DNA of 43,191 bases, from positions 1-43,191 of IMG/VR virus record IMGVR_UViG_3300034025_000010, one strand, 5' to 3'. The notes beneath the pieces are model-generated. The model worked only from the letters and a program-made list of their open reading frames with translations. It ran no database searches and was not told the DNA's origin. This DNA is from a virus. Lineage: Duplodnaviria; Caudoviricetes. Positions 34,601 through 43,191 of this stretch are shown here, in pieces; position 1 is the stretch's first letter, and every line of letters starts with the position of its first letter. The position numbers were made by a program, and so were the translations under genes.

Positions 34601-36602
34601 GTGCGGCACTATTAATATCCGCACCTGCATTTTTTGCAAATACTCTGTCTGCAGATTCTTGAAACAGTTTCTGTTGTTGTTTAATCCATACCATTCCATC
34701 AACTACATTACCATCAATATCTTCCAGAGCTTTAGTTTTATAACCTATCTTCGCATACTGTGGTACAAATGCAGTATCAATTATTTCATCAGCTTCTGTA
34801 CGCAGTCCTTTACTTACAAGATTCTTTGCATGACTTACATTAGCTGCTTGACGTGCATACAGATCAAATGATTCTTCAGCATGAGTACCTTCCAGATACC
34901 CTCGACGTACATTGACAATTTTACTAATAGCTTCCGTACCAAATTCAACTGGAATACTTCCTCTAAACACCATATCTTCCAGAAGCTTATTAGCAGTAGC
35001 CACCTTAGTTTCCGCCAGATGCTTCCGCAGTTCAGTGCTAGTAAGTCCATCACCAATGCTATCATCAGTATATTTAATTTTATAATCTACTGCCTTACCT
35101 TTATCAAGATCAGCAATGACACGTTCCAGCAATGGAATATCATTTGCATGAATTACAGTGCCAGCTTTAACTTCTGGCAGTACATGATTAGCCCAAATGT
35201 ATCTAGCTTCAGCAGCAGTATGAGAAGTCTTACCACTGAGTGCAGCAGCATCCCAGAGTTCTTTAGTATTAAATTTATAATTCCGCACTTCCGCAAGTAC
35301 TGCATCTCTCACGGTTCTACCTGCACTCGTGCTAACTGTGTCTGCAATATTAGTAATCAGTGGAGCCACATCAGAAACTGTACCTGAACCTTCACCTGTA
35401 AGTTTAACGTAGCGAGTTTCCAGACTTCTAACTTGATCAATGTCCAGAGCCTTAAGTGCTTTCTGGCGCAATTGTTCTATCTTACTAATTCCACCAATCG
35501 TACTGATATCTGCCGCATGCAGCATAGTTTCCATCATCTGTGGAGCAGGAGCATTGTAAAGTGCATCAGCTACCATGTTACCAATAGTACCATCCCCGCC
35601 AGTTACAAGACTATTGATACTGGCCCGAATGGTATTATTGTCTTTCTCAACTGCATTCGCATACAGTTTATTATTCGCATCAGCATTACTAGTTCCAAGT
35701 GCATAGCCATCACCTTCTAGTTTTACAGGAATAGCTCTGTAATCTCTAGCTTCAGCAGTAAGTATAATCTTCTGATCCGCAGGAGTAGCTTCCGCACCAA
35801 TGAATCTATTACTAAACGGCTTACCTGCTTGTACTTCACCTTGTACCAGTTTCTTAATTCCATACACACTTCTTGCACCATCAATAGCGCCACCAATTGC
35901 TCCACCTACAGCAGCACCTAATGCAATATTCTTTGCGATATCCCAACCATCTTGTTGATCAAGGATAGGAGATTTAAACATAGTAGCTTGTACTGCGACT
36001 TCAAATGCAGTAGCTTCCAGTACATTAGCATATACTCCAGAACCAAGTGCACGAATAGTATTAGCGTTCAATGTACTAACTGCACCACTGGCCGCACTGA
36101 TTTCACTAGCTGCAAGTCTTACATACAACTGAGTTTCAGGTACTAGCAACCCGGTAGCTCTAGCGAGATTACCTCCAATAGCTCCAGTTGCCATTCCTGC
36201 GCGCAATGCATTCTGTCCTACATTAAGCAATTTAATACCTGCAAGCCCCGGAACAAAACTAGTTACAATGAATCCTGCCAGATCAACTGCTTCCCGATTC
36301 TGTTGATAATACTTACCAAGATCATCATCAAGAGATGCAATCCACTCACCTGTATCATGCGCACCTTCTTCACTGATACCTGCCCAAGAACCTACAGTAG
36401 CTGCACTATTATACAAGGAATCCGCACCACTAAGTACACTGGTAGCTATGAATTTTCCTGCATTAGAGAACTTAGTAGTCCAAGTATCTGAATCAAACCA
36501 AGAACCTCCAAGAGTATTTCCAATATTATGATTATCCGCAGCAAGCAGATAGTTAGGAACTTCCCCATTTGGATTCACATCTGTATTAAATAAGTTATCC
36601 AT
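31665..36602 (-). CDS. Large internal virion / DNA ejection protein
   Basis: 1645 aa, mostly helical, glycine-zipper segment ALGAAVGGAIGGAI; last of three tandem genes of increasing size, as in podovirus ejection modules. Confidence 0.75.
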   Translation of the reverse strand: MDNLFNTDVNPNGEVPNYLLAADNHNIGNTLGGSWFDSDTWTTKFSNAGKFIATSVLSGADSLYNSAATVGSWAGISEEGAHDTGEWIASLDDDLGKYYQQNREAVDLAGFIVTSFVPGLAGIKLLNVGQNALRAGMATGAIGGNLARATGLLVPETQLYVRLAASEISAASGAVSTLNANTIRALGSGVYANVLEATAFEVAVQATMFKSPILDQQDGWDIAKNIALGAAVGGAIGGAIDGARSVYGIKKLVQGEVQAGKPFSNRFIGAEATPADQKIILTAEARDYRAIPVKLEGDGYALGTSNADANNKLYANAVEKDNNTIRASINSLVTGGDGTIGNMVADALYNAPAPQMMETMLHAADISTIGGISKIEQLRQKALKALDIDQVRSLETRYVKLTGEGSGTVSDVAPLITNIADTVSTSAGRTVRDAVLAEVRNYKFNTKELWDAAALSGKTSHTAAEARYIWANHVLPEVKAGTVIHANDIPLLERVIADLDKGKAVDYKIKYTDDSIGDGLTSTELRKHLAETKVATANKLLEDMVFRGSIPVEFGTEAISKIVNVRRGYLEGTHAEESFDLYARQAANVSHAKNLVSKGLRTEADEIIDTAFVPQYAKIGYKTKALEDIDGNVVDGMVWIKQQQKLFQESADRVFAKNAGADINSAALPVTDSVLLNANLTDGGAGLVSFANGSYGSLGSYMQQVGANVTRPLKEAYRKATAAAFEGPLVAMGSKREAAIEFDIINNRIAATTEQYVVDTAGYSGVQNALISKKIRDYHRAIEEGAENVPVPTLQKGAQEFIEVKNQETFDTIRAHIDREGSRVATRKEINSALGKEDFKEVDIFRPLRPNPDDYPFFAFVKDQKITGAGHTSMIHANTEAELRALVDKVPTDKGYKVIYKDQAEEYYKARGEFEYSRTLHENYIDSELKSKGINSQFFTKTDPQKIVDDILRYHTRADDVTAVELVRMKYQPAFDWLEDQGKQFSSVESSRYGNALSNVEKFGKNPYTDYTKTALDVSKASEYTLLYSANKELDRAVSVVYGSVAKMFAGAKSPADLAGINNILESHGINSAYNSAAADALINHTAPKAVLSKFIRSSNAILAKFTLMLDPLNGINNAVGANILRFTELKNIDRAIANGNTDVAGALAKQQRIGIPGVPEESVQSSTKLVSNAIRNFFNDTDGALLAQYQKEGLVKDTLNQFRDMLDDFTLRGTESVSDIDRRIASGFNRAKQLTDNALVAGEKYTGNKFFEQFNRFISADVMRQKTDAAEALGLLTPAESKAYRNTFVNRVEGNTIASQRPVMFQGPIGQAVGLFQSYQFNLMQQLFRYVGEGTGKDAAMLLGLQGTMYGLNGLPAFNAINTHIVGNLSGNKNHTDLYDATYGIAGKTAGDFLMYGIPSNIIQTNLYSRGDINPRTLTIIPNQIENIPIVSAYSKLFGSLYETAGKINGGGNVWESILQGVEHNGISRPLAGLAQTLQATTGNGVVFSTSNKGSIIGSNDFLSFATLSRLAGGRPLDEAIVNDGMYRIASYEAARKRSRDKLLETIKTTGIQGQEVDMESLDKFSEAYAATGGKQAQFNKFMLGAYQSSNTAQSEKILQQLQNPFNQKMQVLMGGRNEVTSGIGNTQNQEESQQMDVQSQEGE

Positions 36603-36603
36603 C

Positions 36604-38532
36604 TTATTGTCCTTGGGCTGGAGTTATTTTACCGCTAATTCTACGACGTTCATTTCCAGTTGCTTTATTTTCAAAGTCACTAGCACGTGGAAGATTCTTA
36701 AAGAAATTCTCTACTGCTGGACCAACTGAATCTGCTGCTGCATCAAGAGCATTAGCTGCTTTAGGATTAGGTTGGAACATAGAATCAGGAGCAACGCCAC
36801 GATCATCAAAGATAGGATTTCTAAATTCAGTTGGCTTATCATTGATGTTATTTCTACGCCCCATCATATCCTTATGCATTGCACCTGCTTGTATCTTCAT
36901 TAGTGCTCTAGATACAGCGTCAGGTTTAGTAAGATCTACAATTTCACTGCTCACAAAGGAATTAGGATTAATTTCAATTTTCGCATTATACTTCATACTA
37001 GGCTGAATACCAAAAGCATCAAAGTTCCGCATAGCCATGTTAGCTTTTACACCTACATGATATATAGTTGAAACATCCAATGCTTCTTTATGAGTGATCT
37101 TACCTTTACTGACTGCTTCACTTACCATAAACATGATCTGTTTAGGATCAGTAATCTGTTGACCACTTTTAATCAGTGGTTCAAACACTTTCTTAATTAC
37201 TGGAAGTTCACGCACAGTTGGCGAGTTAGCATATAATTGATTAATGCTTGCAATCTGATATGGGTTACTAGCATCAGCAGGATTGATTTCTCTTTCATAG
37301 CTGCCCATAATCTGCCGTACTCTAGCATTATACGCACTTGATACGGCTTCCTTATTTTTTGGATCAACGCCATTAAATATTGTATTTGCAGCTTTACCAT
37401 TTCTACCTGCGTCTCCGATACCTGCAACAGTATCAGACATAGCTTGACCAAGTATCTGCTTAATAGGAGCTTGAGTAGGATTAAGTTGCACATCTGGCAT
37501 AGCTTGTAATGTAGTAGCAGCTTGTGCAGGAGTACTGCCAATCATTACCTTACCTGCTATTCTGCTTCTATTACCAGCTTCATAGAATACTTTATATTCA
37601 TCACTCAATACACCTTTACTTTTTAGAGCATTAATTACCATCTTACCATCAATATCTGTGAGTGGTGTACCTTTATCGCCAAGCAGTGCTCTACGTCCAA
37701 GATTAACTGTATCAACTACCGACCTGCCCATATCATCTTGTGCTTGCTTATCTGCTGCACGTTCTTGATATTCTTTTTGTCTATACGAGAATTCGATTCT
37801 ACTCTGCGCTGCATTCTCTTGTTGTAGTGCGAGTGATGCAGCAGCATTTTTAGCTCCTTGTGCTTGGAATTCAGTGGCAAGTACTTCTTTCGAACTATTC
37901 AATGCAACTTCAATTGCACGTACACTGTAATTAAGTGTGTCAATATCAGACTTACGTGCATTAACATTAGCCGCTACTGCTGCATTTCTAGTTGCTGCGG
38001 CTGCGGCTGCTGCGGTAAGTGGTTCACTAATTGCATTCTGAGTTGCTACGGTAGTCTGAGTTAATGCATTAATAGTAGCTATTCTTTTTTCAGCTTGTTG
38101 CATTTGTGCGTTAGCTACATTATGTGCACTGATATCTCTATTAATAAGTAATTGTGCTTTTACGTATTCTACTGGGTTATCCAAAAAGTTAATTGCTTTC
38201 TTCTTTTCATACTCTTTTAATGCTGCATCCTTAGCTTCATACGCTGCATTAGAATCAGCAGCTAATTTGGTAACTACCTCAGTACTACTTTTAAGATTAG
38301 TACCAAGAGCGTTAGCAGCTTTAACTCTAGACAACTGAGTTTCCATTTCAGCAGCAGTTTTAGCTGCCATGATAGTTGTATCATCAGCTGCTTGCTGTTT
38401 GAATATATCTGTAATTTCTGCGTTACGTTCTGCTTGCTGACCTAGGATTCCAATTACTTGTCTAGTTGCAGTCTCAGAGCCCTTTTTAAATGCAGCTACA
38501 TTAGACAGCAACTCTGAGAGTGTATCAGCCAT
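36604..38532 (-). CDS. Internal virion / ejection protein
   Basis: 642 aa, Ala/Gln-rich coiled coil; synteny. Confidence 0.65.
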   Translation of the reverse strand: MADTLSELLSNVAAFKKGSETATRQVIGILGQQAERNAEITDIFKQQAADDTTIMAAKTAAEMETQLSRVKAANALGTNLKSSTEVVTKLAADSNAAYEAKDAALKEYEKKKAINFLDNPVEYVKAQLLINRDISAHNVANAQMQQAEKRIATINALTQTTVATQNAISEPLTAAAAAAATRNAAVAANVNARKSDIDTLNYSVRAIEVALNSSKEVLATEFQAQGAKNAAASLALQQENAAQSRIEFSYRQKEYQERAADKQAQDDMGRSVVDTVNLGRRALLGDKGTPLTDIDGKMVINALKSKGVLSDEYKVFYEAGNRSRIAGKVMIGSTPAQAATTLQAMPDVQLNPTQAPIKQILGQAMSDTVAGIGDAGRNGKAANTIFNGVDPKNKEAVSSAYNARVRQIMGSYEREINPADASNPYQIASINQLYANSPTVRELPVIKKVFEPLIKSGQQITDPKQIMFMVSEAVSKGKITHKEALDVSTIYHVGVKANMAMRNFDAFGIQPSMKYNAKIEINPNSFVSSEIVDLTKPDAVSRALMKIQAGAMHKDMMGRRNNINDKPTEFRNPIFDDRGVAPDSMFQPNPKAANALDAAADSVGPAVENFFKNLPRASDFENKATGNERRRISGKITPAQGQ

Positions 38533-38548
38533 GATGGTTTCCTATTAG

Positions 38549-39310
38549 TTATTTAGTGTATAAGCTCATAAAATCTACTGGCTTACGTGCTACTGTGCGG
38601 CTAAGTGTCCAGCAAATTGCATACAGTCCTTTGAGTGCAATATAGCCAAATATAGTTTTCTTAGCTCCAGTAACATGTACCTGTGCTGCAATGTATTCAG
38701 CACGTGCATTCATTACTGCTTCAAGCATATGGCTACGAATACTATTTGGATGCGCACGAAGATGATGAACTGCTGGAATTGCCCAGAAATAATAACCAGC
38801 TTTTACTCGCACAGGAGTTCTGGCAAATACAGGCCAACCAGTATCATAATATTTCTTACACATTCTACCCTGCCTATGCAACTCCGTGCAAATTACCCAC
38901 TCAAGTGCACCTTTCTTTTTAGTAGTGTTAGTGGTGTTCTCATCAATATTACCTGTCTGAGCACTAGTTTTAACACTACTAAGAGAAGCAACTTGTGCAA
39001 CAGTACGAGCAAGAAGATCATTAGTAAGTTGTTTATTAACTGTACTATTATAAAGACCTGCACCTTTTTCACCTTGTGCAAGTTGTCCAAGTCCTTGAGT
39101 ACCTCCAAGAATTTGCTGCATCAATGCCATTGCTTTTTCAGCTGACACTTCCTCAGTTTCTTTAGTAACAGTATTCAATGTCTTACGATTGTTATTAGTT
39201 ACTGTTTGCTTCTTACCACGAAAGAGACTTACTGCATCATCAATAAATCCCACACCATCACTGAGAAACTTTAATCCATCACTACCGGGAAGATCACCAT
39301 CTGCAGGCAT
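38549..39310 (-). CDS. Small internal virion / pilot protein with a C-terminal VICTEL domain
   Basis: Thr/Asn-rich N-terminal half as in pilot proteins; C-terminal WVICTEL...G...GY.FWA domain. Confidence 0.55.
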   Translation of the reverse strand: MPADGDLPGSDGLKFLSDGVGFIDDAVSLFRGKKQTVTNNNRKTLNTVTKETEEVSAEKAMALMQQILGGTQGLGQLAQGEKGAGLYNSTVNKQLTNDLLARTVAQVASLSSVKTSAQTGNIDENTTNTTKKKGALEWVICTELHRQGRMCKKYYDTGWPVFARTPVRVKAGYYFWAIPAVHHLRAHPNSIRSHMLEAVMNARAEYIAAQVHVTGAKKTIFGYIALKGLYAICWTLSRTVARKPVDFMSLYTK

Positions 39311-39343
39311 AATATATTCTCCTAAAGTTATACCACAATCCTA

Positions 39344-39910
39344 TTAATCAATTTTACCAATTACTTTTTCAACTATCTTATGCTTAGCAGGTATCTGTAT
39401 TGCTGGTGGAATTTCAGGATCAGCTTGTGCTTTGCCTCGGAAGAAACTAGCAATACCAAGTATGCCACCCCAAGTAAGCCACACTTCATTTGGTATTTCA
39501 GGAGTTTCTATTCCAAAGAGCGGAAGCAGGAAGTAAGAACAGAAAATTGTAATACCAAACAGGAATCCATTAAATGGTCTCCAGCTATAAGTAGGCCAAT
39601 GTTCAGCAGCAGCTTCTACTCTCATCGTCTGGTTAACTTCACCAATGATTTTAGTCTCTAGTTCCGCAAGATCAAATACAGACTTAAGACCAAGTTCTTG
39701 CATTTTAAGTTGTACTTCTAATTCCGCCAATTTTAGTTTAACTAACTCTTCCGGAGGCATTCCACTAAGAGTGTTTTTTACATTCTCAATAGTAGCATCT
39801 TTCATCCCTAGTGCTTTACCTACTGCCTCAGCAGCAAGTCCACCTAAGGGACCACCTAATGCTGTACCTATCCATGGAAGTACAGACTTAACTAAATCAA
39901 GCGCTTTCAT
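39344..39910 (-). CDS. Holin (3TM gene-transfer-agent holin-like)
   Basis: P.IGTALGGPLGG N-terminus, SWRPF.G motif, two hydrophobic segments, next to the endolysin. Confidence 0.8.
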   Translation of the reverse strand: MKALDLVKSVLPWIGTALGGPLGGLAAEAVGKALGMKDATIENVKNTLSGMPPEELVKLKLAELEVQLKMQELGLKSVFDLAELETKIIGEVNQTMRVEAAAEHWPTYSWRPFNGFLFGITIFCSYFLLPLFGIETPEIPNEVWLTWGGILGIASFFRGKAQADPEIPPAIQIPAKHKIVEKVIGKID

Positions 39911-40197
39911 TTAAGTGGTCCCCATTTGAAGAAAGCAGTTATAATACCAGCGCCAATTAAAAACTTACTAAGCCACATAACAAAAGAGTTAACACCTTTA
40001 GCAGTTTTCCAGAAGTCTAAAAGTTCTCTATTTTCAGCTCTTACTGCGGTGAGTTCAGCTTCCACTTTCAATTGATACTGTGTAAGCTTAACATCTATTG
40101 CAGTAAGCTGAGTGCTAACTTTAATGTAATCAGCTTGTAGTGTATCATATTCTCTGCGACCTACTGCAAGTTCTGGCACTGGCGGTACGGGATTCAT
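39907..40197 (-). CDS. Lysis-cassette membrane protein (coiled coil plus C-terminal TM; holin/antiholin-like)
   Basis: 96 aa, overlapping both the endolysin and holin genes. Confidence 0.55.
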   Translation of the reverse strand: MNPVPPVPELAVGRREYDTLQADYIKVSTQLTAIDVKLTQYQLKVEAELTAVRAENRELLDFWKTAKGVNSFVMWLSKFLIGAGIITAFFKWGPLK

Positions 40198-40682
40198 AGC
40201 TTGTTTCCTTTCATATCGGTTAACCCTGTGGAATACCCACCTGTTTTAAGTAAGGATAACACTGCACCTCTTGGCTTGATACCAGAGAGAGTGAAAGAAA
40301 TATGAACCCAGCTAGGTTCTAGAATCAGCTGATCAAATCTAATTAAGTCTTGAAGCTCAATTAATCTTTTACAGATAGCTAACGGAGTTCCATAACCTGC
40401 ACATGTGAAATCAACAGCTTCACCTAATGTATGCTGACTGCTTGGCTTTGAACCTACTGCTCTGTTAACTGCTGGTGAGCGATACCAACTAGTAATGCGA
40501 ATACTATTATTTCCTAGTGCTGCACGCACACGCTCCATTGCATCTGCTGTATGTTGAATAGCACAATCTAAATGTGGTGGCGGTTCATTAGCAATACCGT
40601 GAGTTACTGCATACCCACTATGACAAATTTCTTTGTATGAAAAATGTTCAGTGACCATAGGCTTATCCATGTTAGGCTCCAA
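40194..40682 (-). CDS. Endolysin, peptidase M15 family
   Basis: HFS..E, ITSWYRS..VNRAVG....SQH..GEAVD, WVHIS Zn-peptidase motifs. Confidence 0.92.
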   Translation of the reverse strand: MEPNMDKPMVTEHFSYKEICHSGYAVTHGIANEPPPHLDCAIQHTADAMERVRAALGNNSIRITSWYRSPAVNRAVGSKPSSQHTLGEAVDFTCAGYGTPLAICKRLIELQDLIRFDQLILEPSWVHISFTLSGIKPRGAVLSLLKTGGYSTGLTDMKGNKL

Positions 40683-40911
40683 TCTTAGCAGTTATTAATA
40701 AGGTTCTTATTGCGTTTACAAGTGCCATAGTTGTTGCAGGATCAGTGGCCGCAGCTGGAAGCACAATACCAAGTTGCACATCTCCGAAAGCTTGTGCAAG
40801 TAATTGAATTGAATTATATACTCGTACCAGTTCTTTAAATAATTCTGGATCAACTGTTTCAGGAGTCTGAGGAATGTCAAGCTCTATTGGACTACTCATA
40901 GTAACTGGCAT
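40672..40911 (-). CDS. Small virion-associated protein
   Basis: 79 aa; C-terminal AATDPAT..ALVNAIR..L helix as in phage fibre proteins. Confidence 0.55.
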   Translation of the reverse strand: MPVTMSSPIELDIPQTPETVDPELFKELVRVYNSIQLLAQAFGDVQLGIVLPAAATDPATTMALVNAIRTLLITAKIGA

Positions 40912-42497
40912 TATCTTCTCCCGTGCATATTGAATTTAAGTATTAAAGAACTCATATAAAAATTACCTTGTACCAGCAATGAATGATTAATTCCAGTCTG
41001 TCTGCATGCATAAGTTCTGAGATTACCTACAGGAGTAATAGCAGTTACAGGCATGAGCACTGTGTTTTTTCCATCTATACTTAACAAGTTACTAACACTA
41101 AAAGTACTAGCTGGGAATACATTTTCTAATTCTATTCCTTCCAGTTGCAGCAATCTGGCTCTTACATATTGATACTTCCCTAATATAAGAGTACCATTAG
41201 AAGTTTCATTTCCTACTGTGAACTCAACTGTTTTAATTGTTCCATTCTTTTGAAGAAACGCAATACTTGTTCTAGGTGCATCTCTTCTTTCAGGATCAGA
41301 AAATAATGTAATACCAAATTCGAAACTAGCTACATGATCTATTTTAAATTTACCAAATCGTTTTTGTGCAAGATCGTAAACTATTGCATGAGTAAGATTT
41401 AAAATTGCGAAGTCTACGTTGATACCGTAAGATATTACAAGATAACGATCAGAGATTACATTGATAGCTTTTCGCATCGGTGTTGTTAAAATCTGACGAA
41501 TGAATTGTTTTGTTGTATCATCAAAATCTTCAAAATATCTACCAGCTAAAAAGTCTGTAACTTCTGACATTGGGCTGGATACATTAGTCATTCCAACAAG
41601 TTGCAATCCAGAACTTGTATATGCATAATGATTACCTGCATCCGAGTCACTGGATATTAGTCCAATATCTACCACTCCACCTGCACCAATGATTTCTTTG
41701 AAATTAAATGGAAATCTAGCATTCCCTGAATACATAGCCCCAATTGCATTATTAGTAGTGTAAATTATAAAACCTAAATAATGATTTACACATACATTAA
41801 TAGCTCCTCTTGCTGATTCTATTTGACCACCACCTGCACCTGTAATAAGTGAAGGCACAAAATCAAATGGATCAGTTACTACTGTGTGAGCAATAGCACT
41901 AGACCAACCTACATACGTATTACTCCACGCAATAAGATATCCTGAAGAACTAGTAATTCCTCGCACATTAGCATCAAGAAGACCAAGAAGATTTACTTTA
42001 TCTAAGGTGTAAGGAATTATAGAAGTATTTAAATAATACACTCCTAGTCCCTCAAAACAGAAATAAGTCTGTCCATTTATATTTGCAGTTGTTACTTGTG
42101 CTGTACCTATATCTCCAGCTATAGTATTTATTTGAGTCCAGAAAGTAAACCCGGGACGAATTACATAATTCTTTCCATCAGAAGTATGTCCAACTAATAC
42201 ATACAATCCTGCAGTATTTCTTGCAGTATATACAAATCTAAATGTATCTGGTACAGGTGAATTAATTGTAGTCTGTTGCGTATATCCTACACTTTGTAAG
42301 CCTTCCGCAGTTGGCATCACATTGTGACAATAGTATACTTGAGGTATTCCTCGATCTTTATCTATATCTGCTTCTGATTGTATCTGTCTATTAAAGTTTT
42401 GATCCTGCCCACCTACAATTACAGTACGGCCAAATTGTTCTGCAATTAAAGGAAATGCTCTGGCAGATAGATTCCCTCGAAATGTAATTTGTCCCAT
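40911..42497 (-). CDS. Tail tubular B / nozzle (P22 gp10-like) protein
   Basis: 528 aa, beta-propeller-like composition, HNVMPT motif; follows the tailspike gene. Confidence 0.7.
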   Translation of the reverse strand: MGQITFRGNLSARAFPLIAEQFGRTVIVGGQDQNFNRQIQSEADIDKDRGIPQVYYCHNVMPTAEGLQSVGYTQQTTINSPVPDTFRFVYTARNTAGLYVLVGHTSDGKNYVIRPGFTFWTQINTIAGDIGTAQVTTANINGQTYFCFEGLGVYYLNTSIIPYTLDKVNLLGLLDANVRGITSSSGYLIAWSNTYVGWSSAIAHTVVTDPFDFVPSLITGAGGGQIESARGAINVCVNHYLGFIIYTTNNAIGAMYSGNARFPFNFKEIIGAGGVVDIGLISSDSDAGNHYAYTSSGLQLVGMTNVSSPMSEVTDFLAGRYFEDFDDTTKQFIRQILTTPMRKAINVISDRYLVISYGINVDFAILNLTHAIVYDLAQKRFGKFKIDHVASFEFGITLFSDPERRDAPRTSIAFLQKNGTIKTVEFTVGNETSNGTLILGKYQYVRARLLQLEGIELENVFPASTFSVSNLLSIDGKNTVLMPVTAITPVGNLRTYACRQTGINHSLLVQGNFYMSSLILKFNMHGRR

Positions 42498-42516
42498 AGC
42501 ATTTCCTTTTTATTTA

Positions 42517-43191
42517 TTACGTTCTAGCGTTGATTCGTAAGAAATTAGCTGTACCGCCAGTAAGAAGAATGGAGGCTCCTGTGTTAGTATTTGCTCGGAT
42601 AGTTATAACATCACCAGCAGCAAGTACAGGTATCACATAAGTTCCACCTTTTACAGTGTCTCCTACTTTACTGGCAAATAAAGCTGCAGCTCCATTAATT
42701 GCAATCCACACATCTGCATTTGCAGCGGCTGTAGCAAAGGCTACTTGAAAATTAACTTGAACATCTTTCATAGCTTGCGGTGCAGTATACGCACCAGCTG
42801 CATAATTAATACTACCATACCCACTATCTTGAGTTACTTGGATAGTTGGATAGTTAACTATAGTTCCACCAGCAGCAGCAGTTGCAATTGAAGTTACTGC
42901 GCCACTCATAGCTACTATTGTTTCACCCCGCAATCTAGGCTTACCGGGAAAACCAGAGGAAATACCTGACAGTCCTTGCAAGAACGATTGTCCAAATGGA
43001 GTGCCATCTATATCAAGTACTGTATTAGTACCAAGATAAATATGTGCAACTGCTCTATTAACGCCTGTGTCACCGTAGAAAGAAGTACCATTATTAAATG
43101 CTATTTTACCTGCGTAACTATTATCACCTGTACTATCCACAACATTAACTACACCTGCGCTTGGAATGTAACCACTTACATTACTAAATGC
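42517..43191 (-). CDS. Tailspike / receptor-binding protein, C-terminal part (C1q/BclA-like beta-sandwich tip)
   Basis: Continues the 1-1430 frame. The C-terminus GAYTAP...VQVNFQVAF...VWIAING...VLAAGDVITIRA resembles C1q-like domains. Confidence 0.75.
   Translation of the reverse strand, partial: AFSNVSGYIPSAGVVNVVDSTGDNSYAGKIAFNNGTSFYGDTGVNRAVAHIYLGTNTVLDIDGTPFGQSFLQGLSGISSGFPGKPRLRGETIVAMSGAVTSIATAAAGGTIVNYPTIQVTQDSGYGSINYAAGAYTAPQAMKDVQVNFQVAFATAAANADVWIAINGAAALFASKVGDTVKGGTYVIPVLAAGDVITIRANTNTGASILLTGGTANFLRINART
42998..43191. repeat. Terminal direct repeat, right copy
   Basis: Same 194 bp as 1-194 with one mismatch. Confidence 0.95.

Noticed and set aside
31665-36602. Virion-encapsidated RNA polymerase
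   Set aside because: No DxDGD or T7-type catalytic motifs recognised (EDIDGN is not a match); size and synteny fit an ejection protein.
1-43191. Stop-codon reassignment or a lysogeny module
   Set aside because: Core genes are intact in the standard code, neither tRNA is a suppressor, and no integrase, ParA or CI-like gene was recognised; divergent ones among the unknown ORFs cannot be excluded.

Overview
The window is an apparently complete, circularly assembled ~43.0 kb (42,997 bp unique) AT-rich podovirus-like dsDNA phage genome; positions 1-194 are repeated at 42998-43191 with one mismatch. It has two divergent arms. The minus-strand arm holds packaging, virion and lysis genes (TerS, TerL, portal, scaffold, major capsid, tailspike spanning the junction, tail protein, M15 endolysin, holins, ejection proteins). 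The plus-strand arm holds early and replication genes (RecD/Dda-like helicase, Cas4-like nuclease, Sak4-like ATPase, SSB, family A DNA polymerase, DUF3987-type helicase, MazG, DEDDh exonuclease, Gp49/Gp66-family protein) and two tRNAs. The arms meet at a bidirectional terminator near 30870. I recognise no integrase, repressor, RNA polymerase or primase. Size and layout recall PaP2/119X/PaMx41-like phages (from memory, not searched). The most striking element is the 560 bp intergenic region at the divergence point (10211-10771), a dense array of host regulator sites ahead of the first early gene: a Fur-type 7-1-7 box, a canonical LexA SOS box, three phased GTGAC-N7-GTCA palindromes, an inverted sigma54 site, an IHF site and a consensus sigma54 -24/-12 promoter. 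This looks like a host enhancer-dependent, stress- and iron-gated start switch in a phage with no recognisable repressor of its own. Other highlights are two remote paralogues that each head a major promoter, structured RNAs around the tRNAs, a PolA with His at the F762-equivalent position, and a protein ending in the host SSB tail DDDIPF. All calls were made by eye from motifs; no database searches or folding programs were run.
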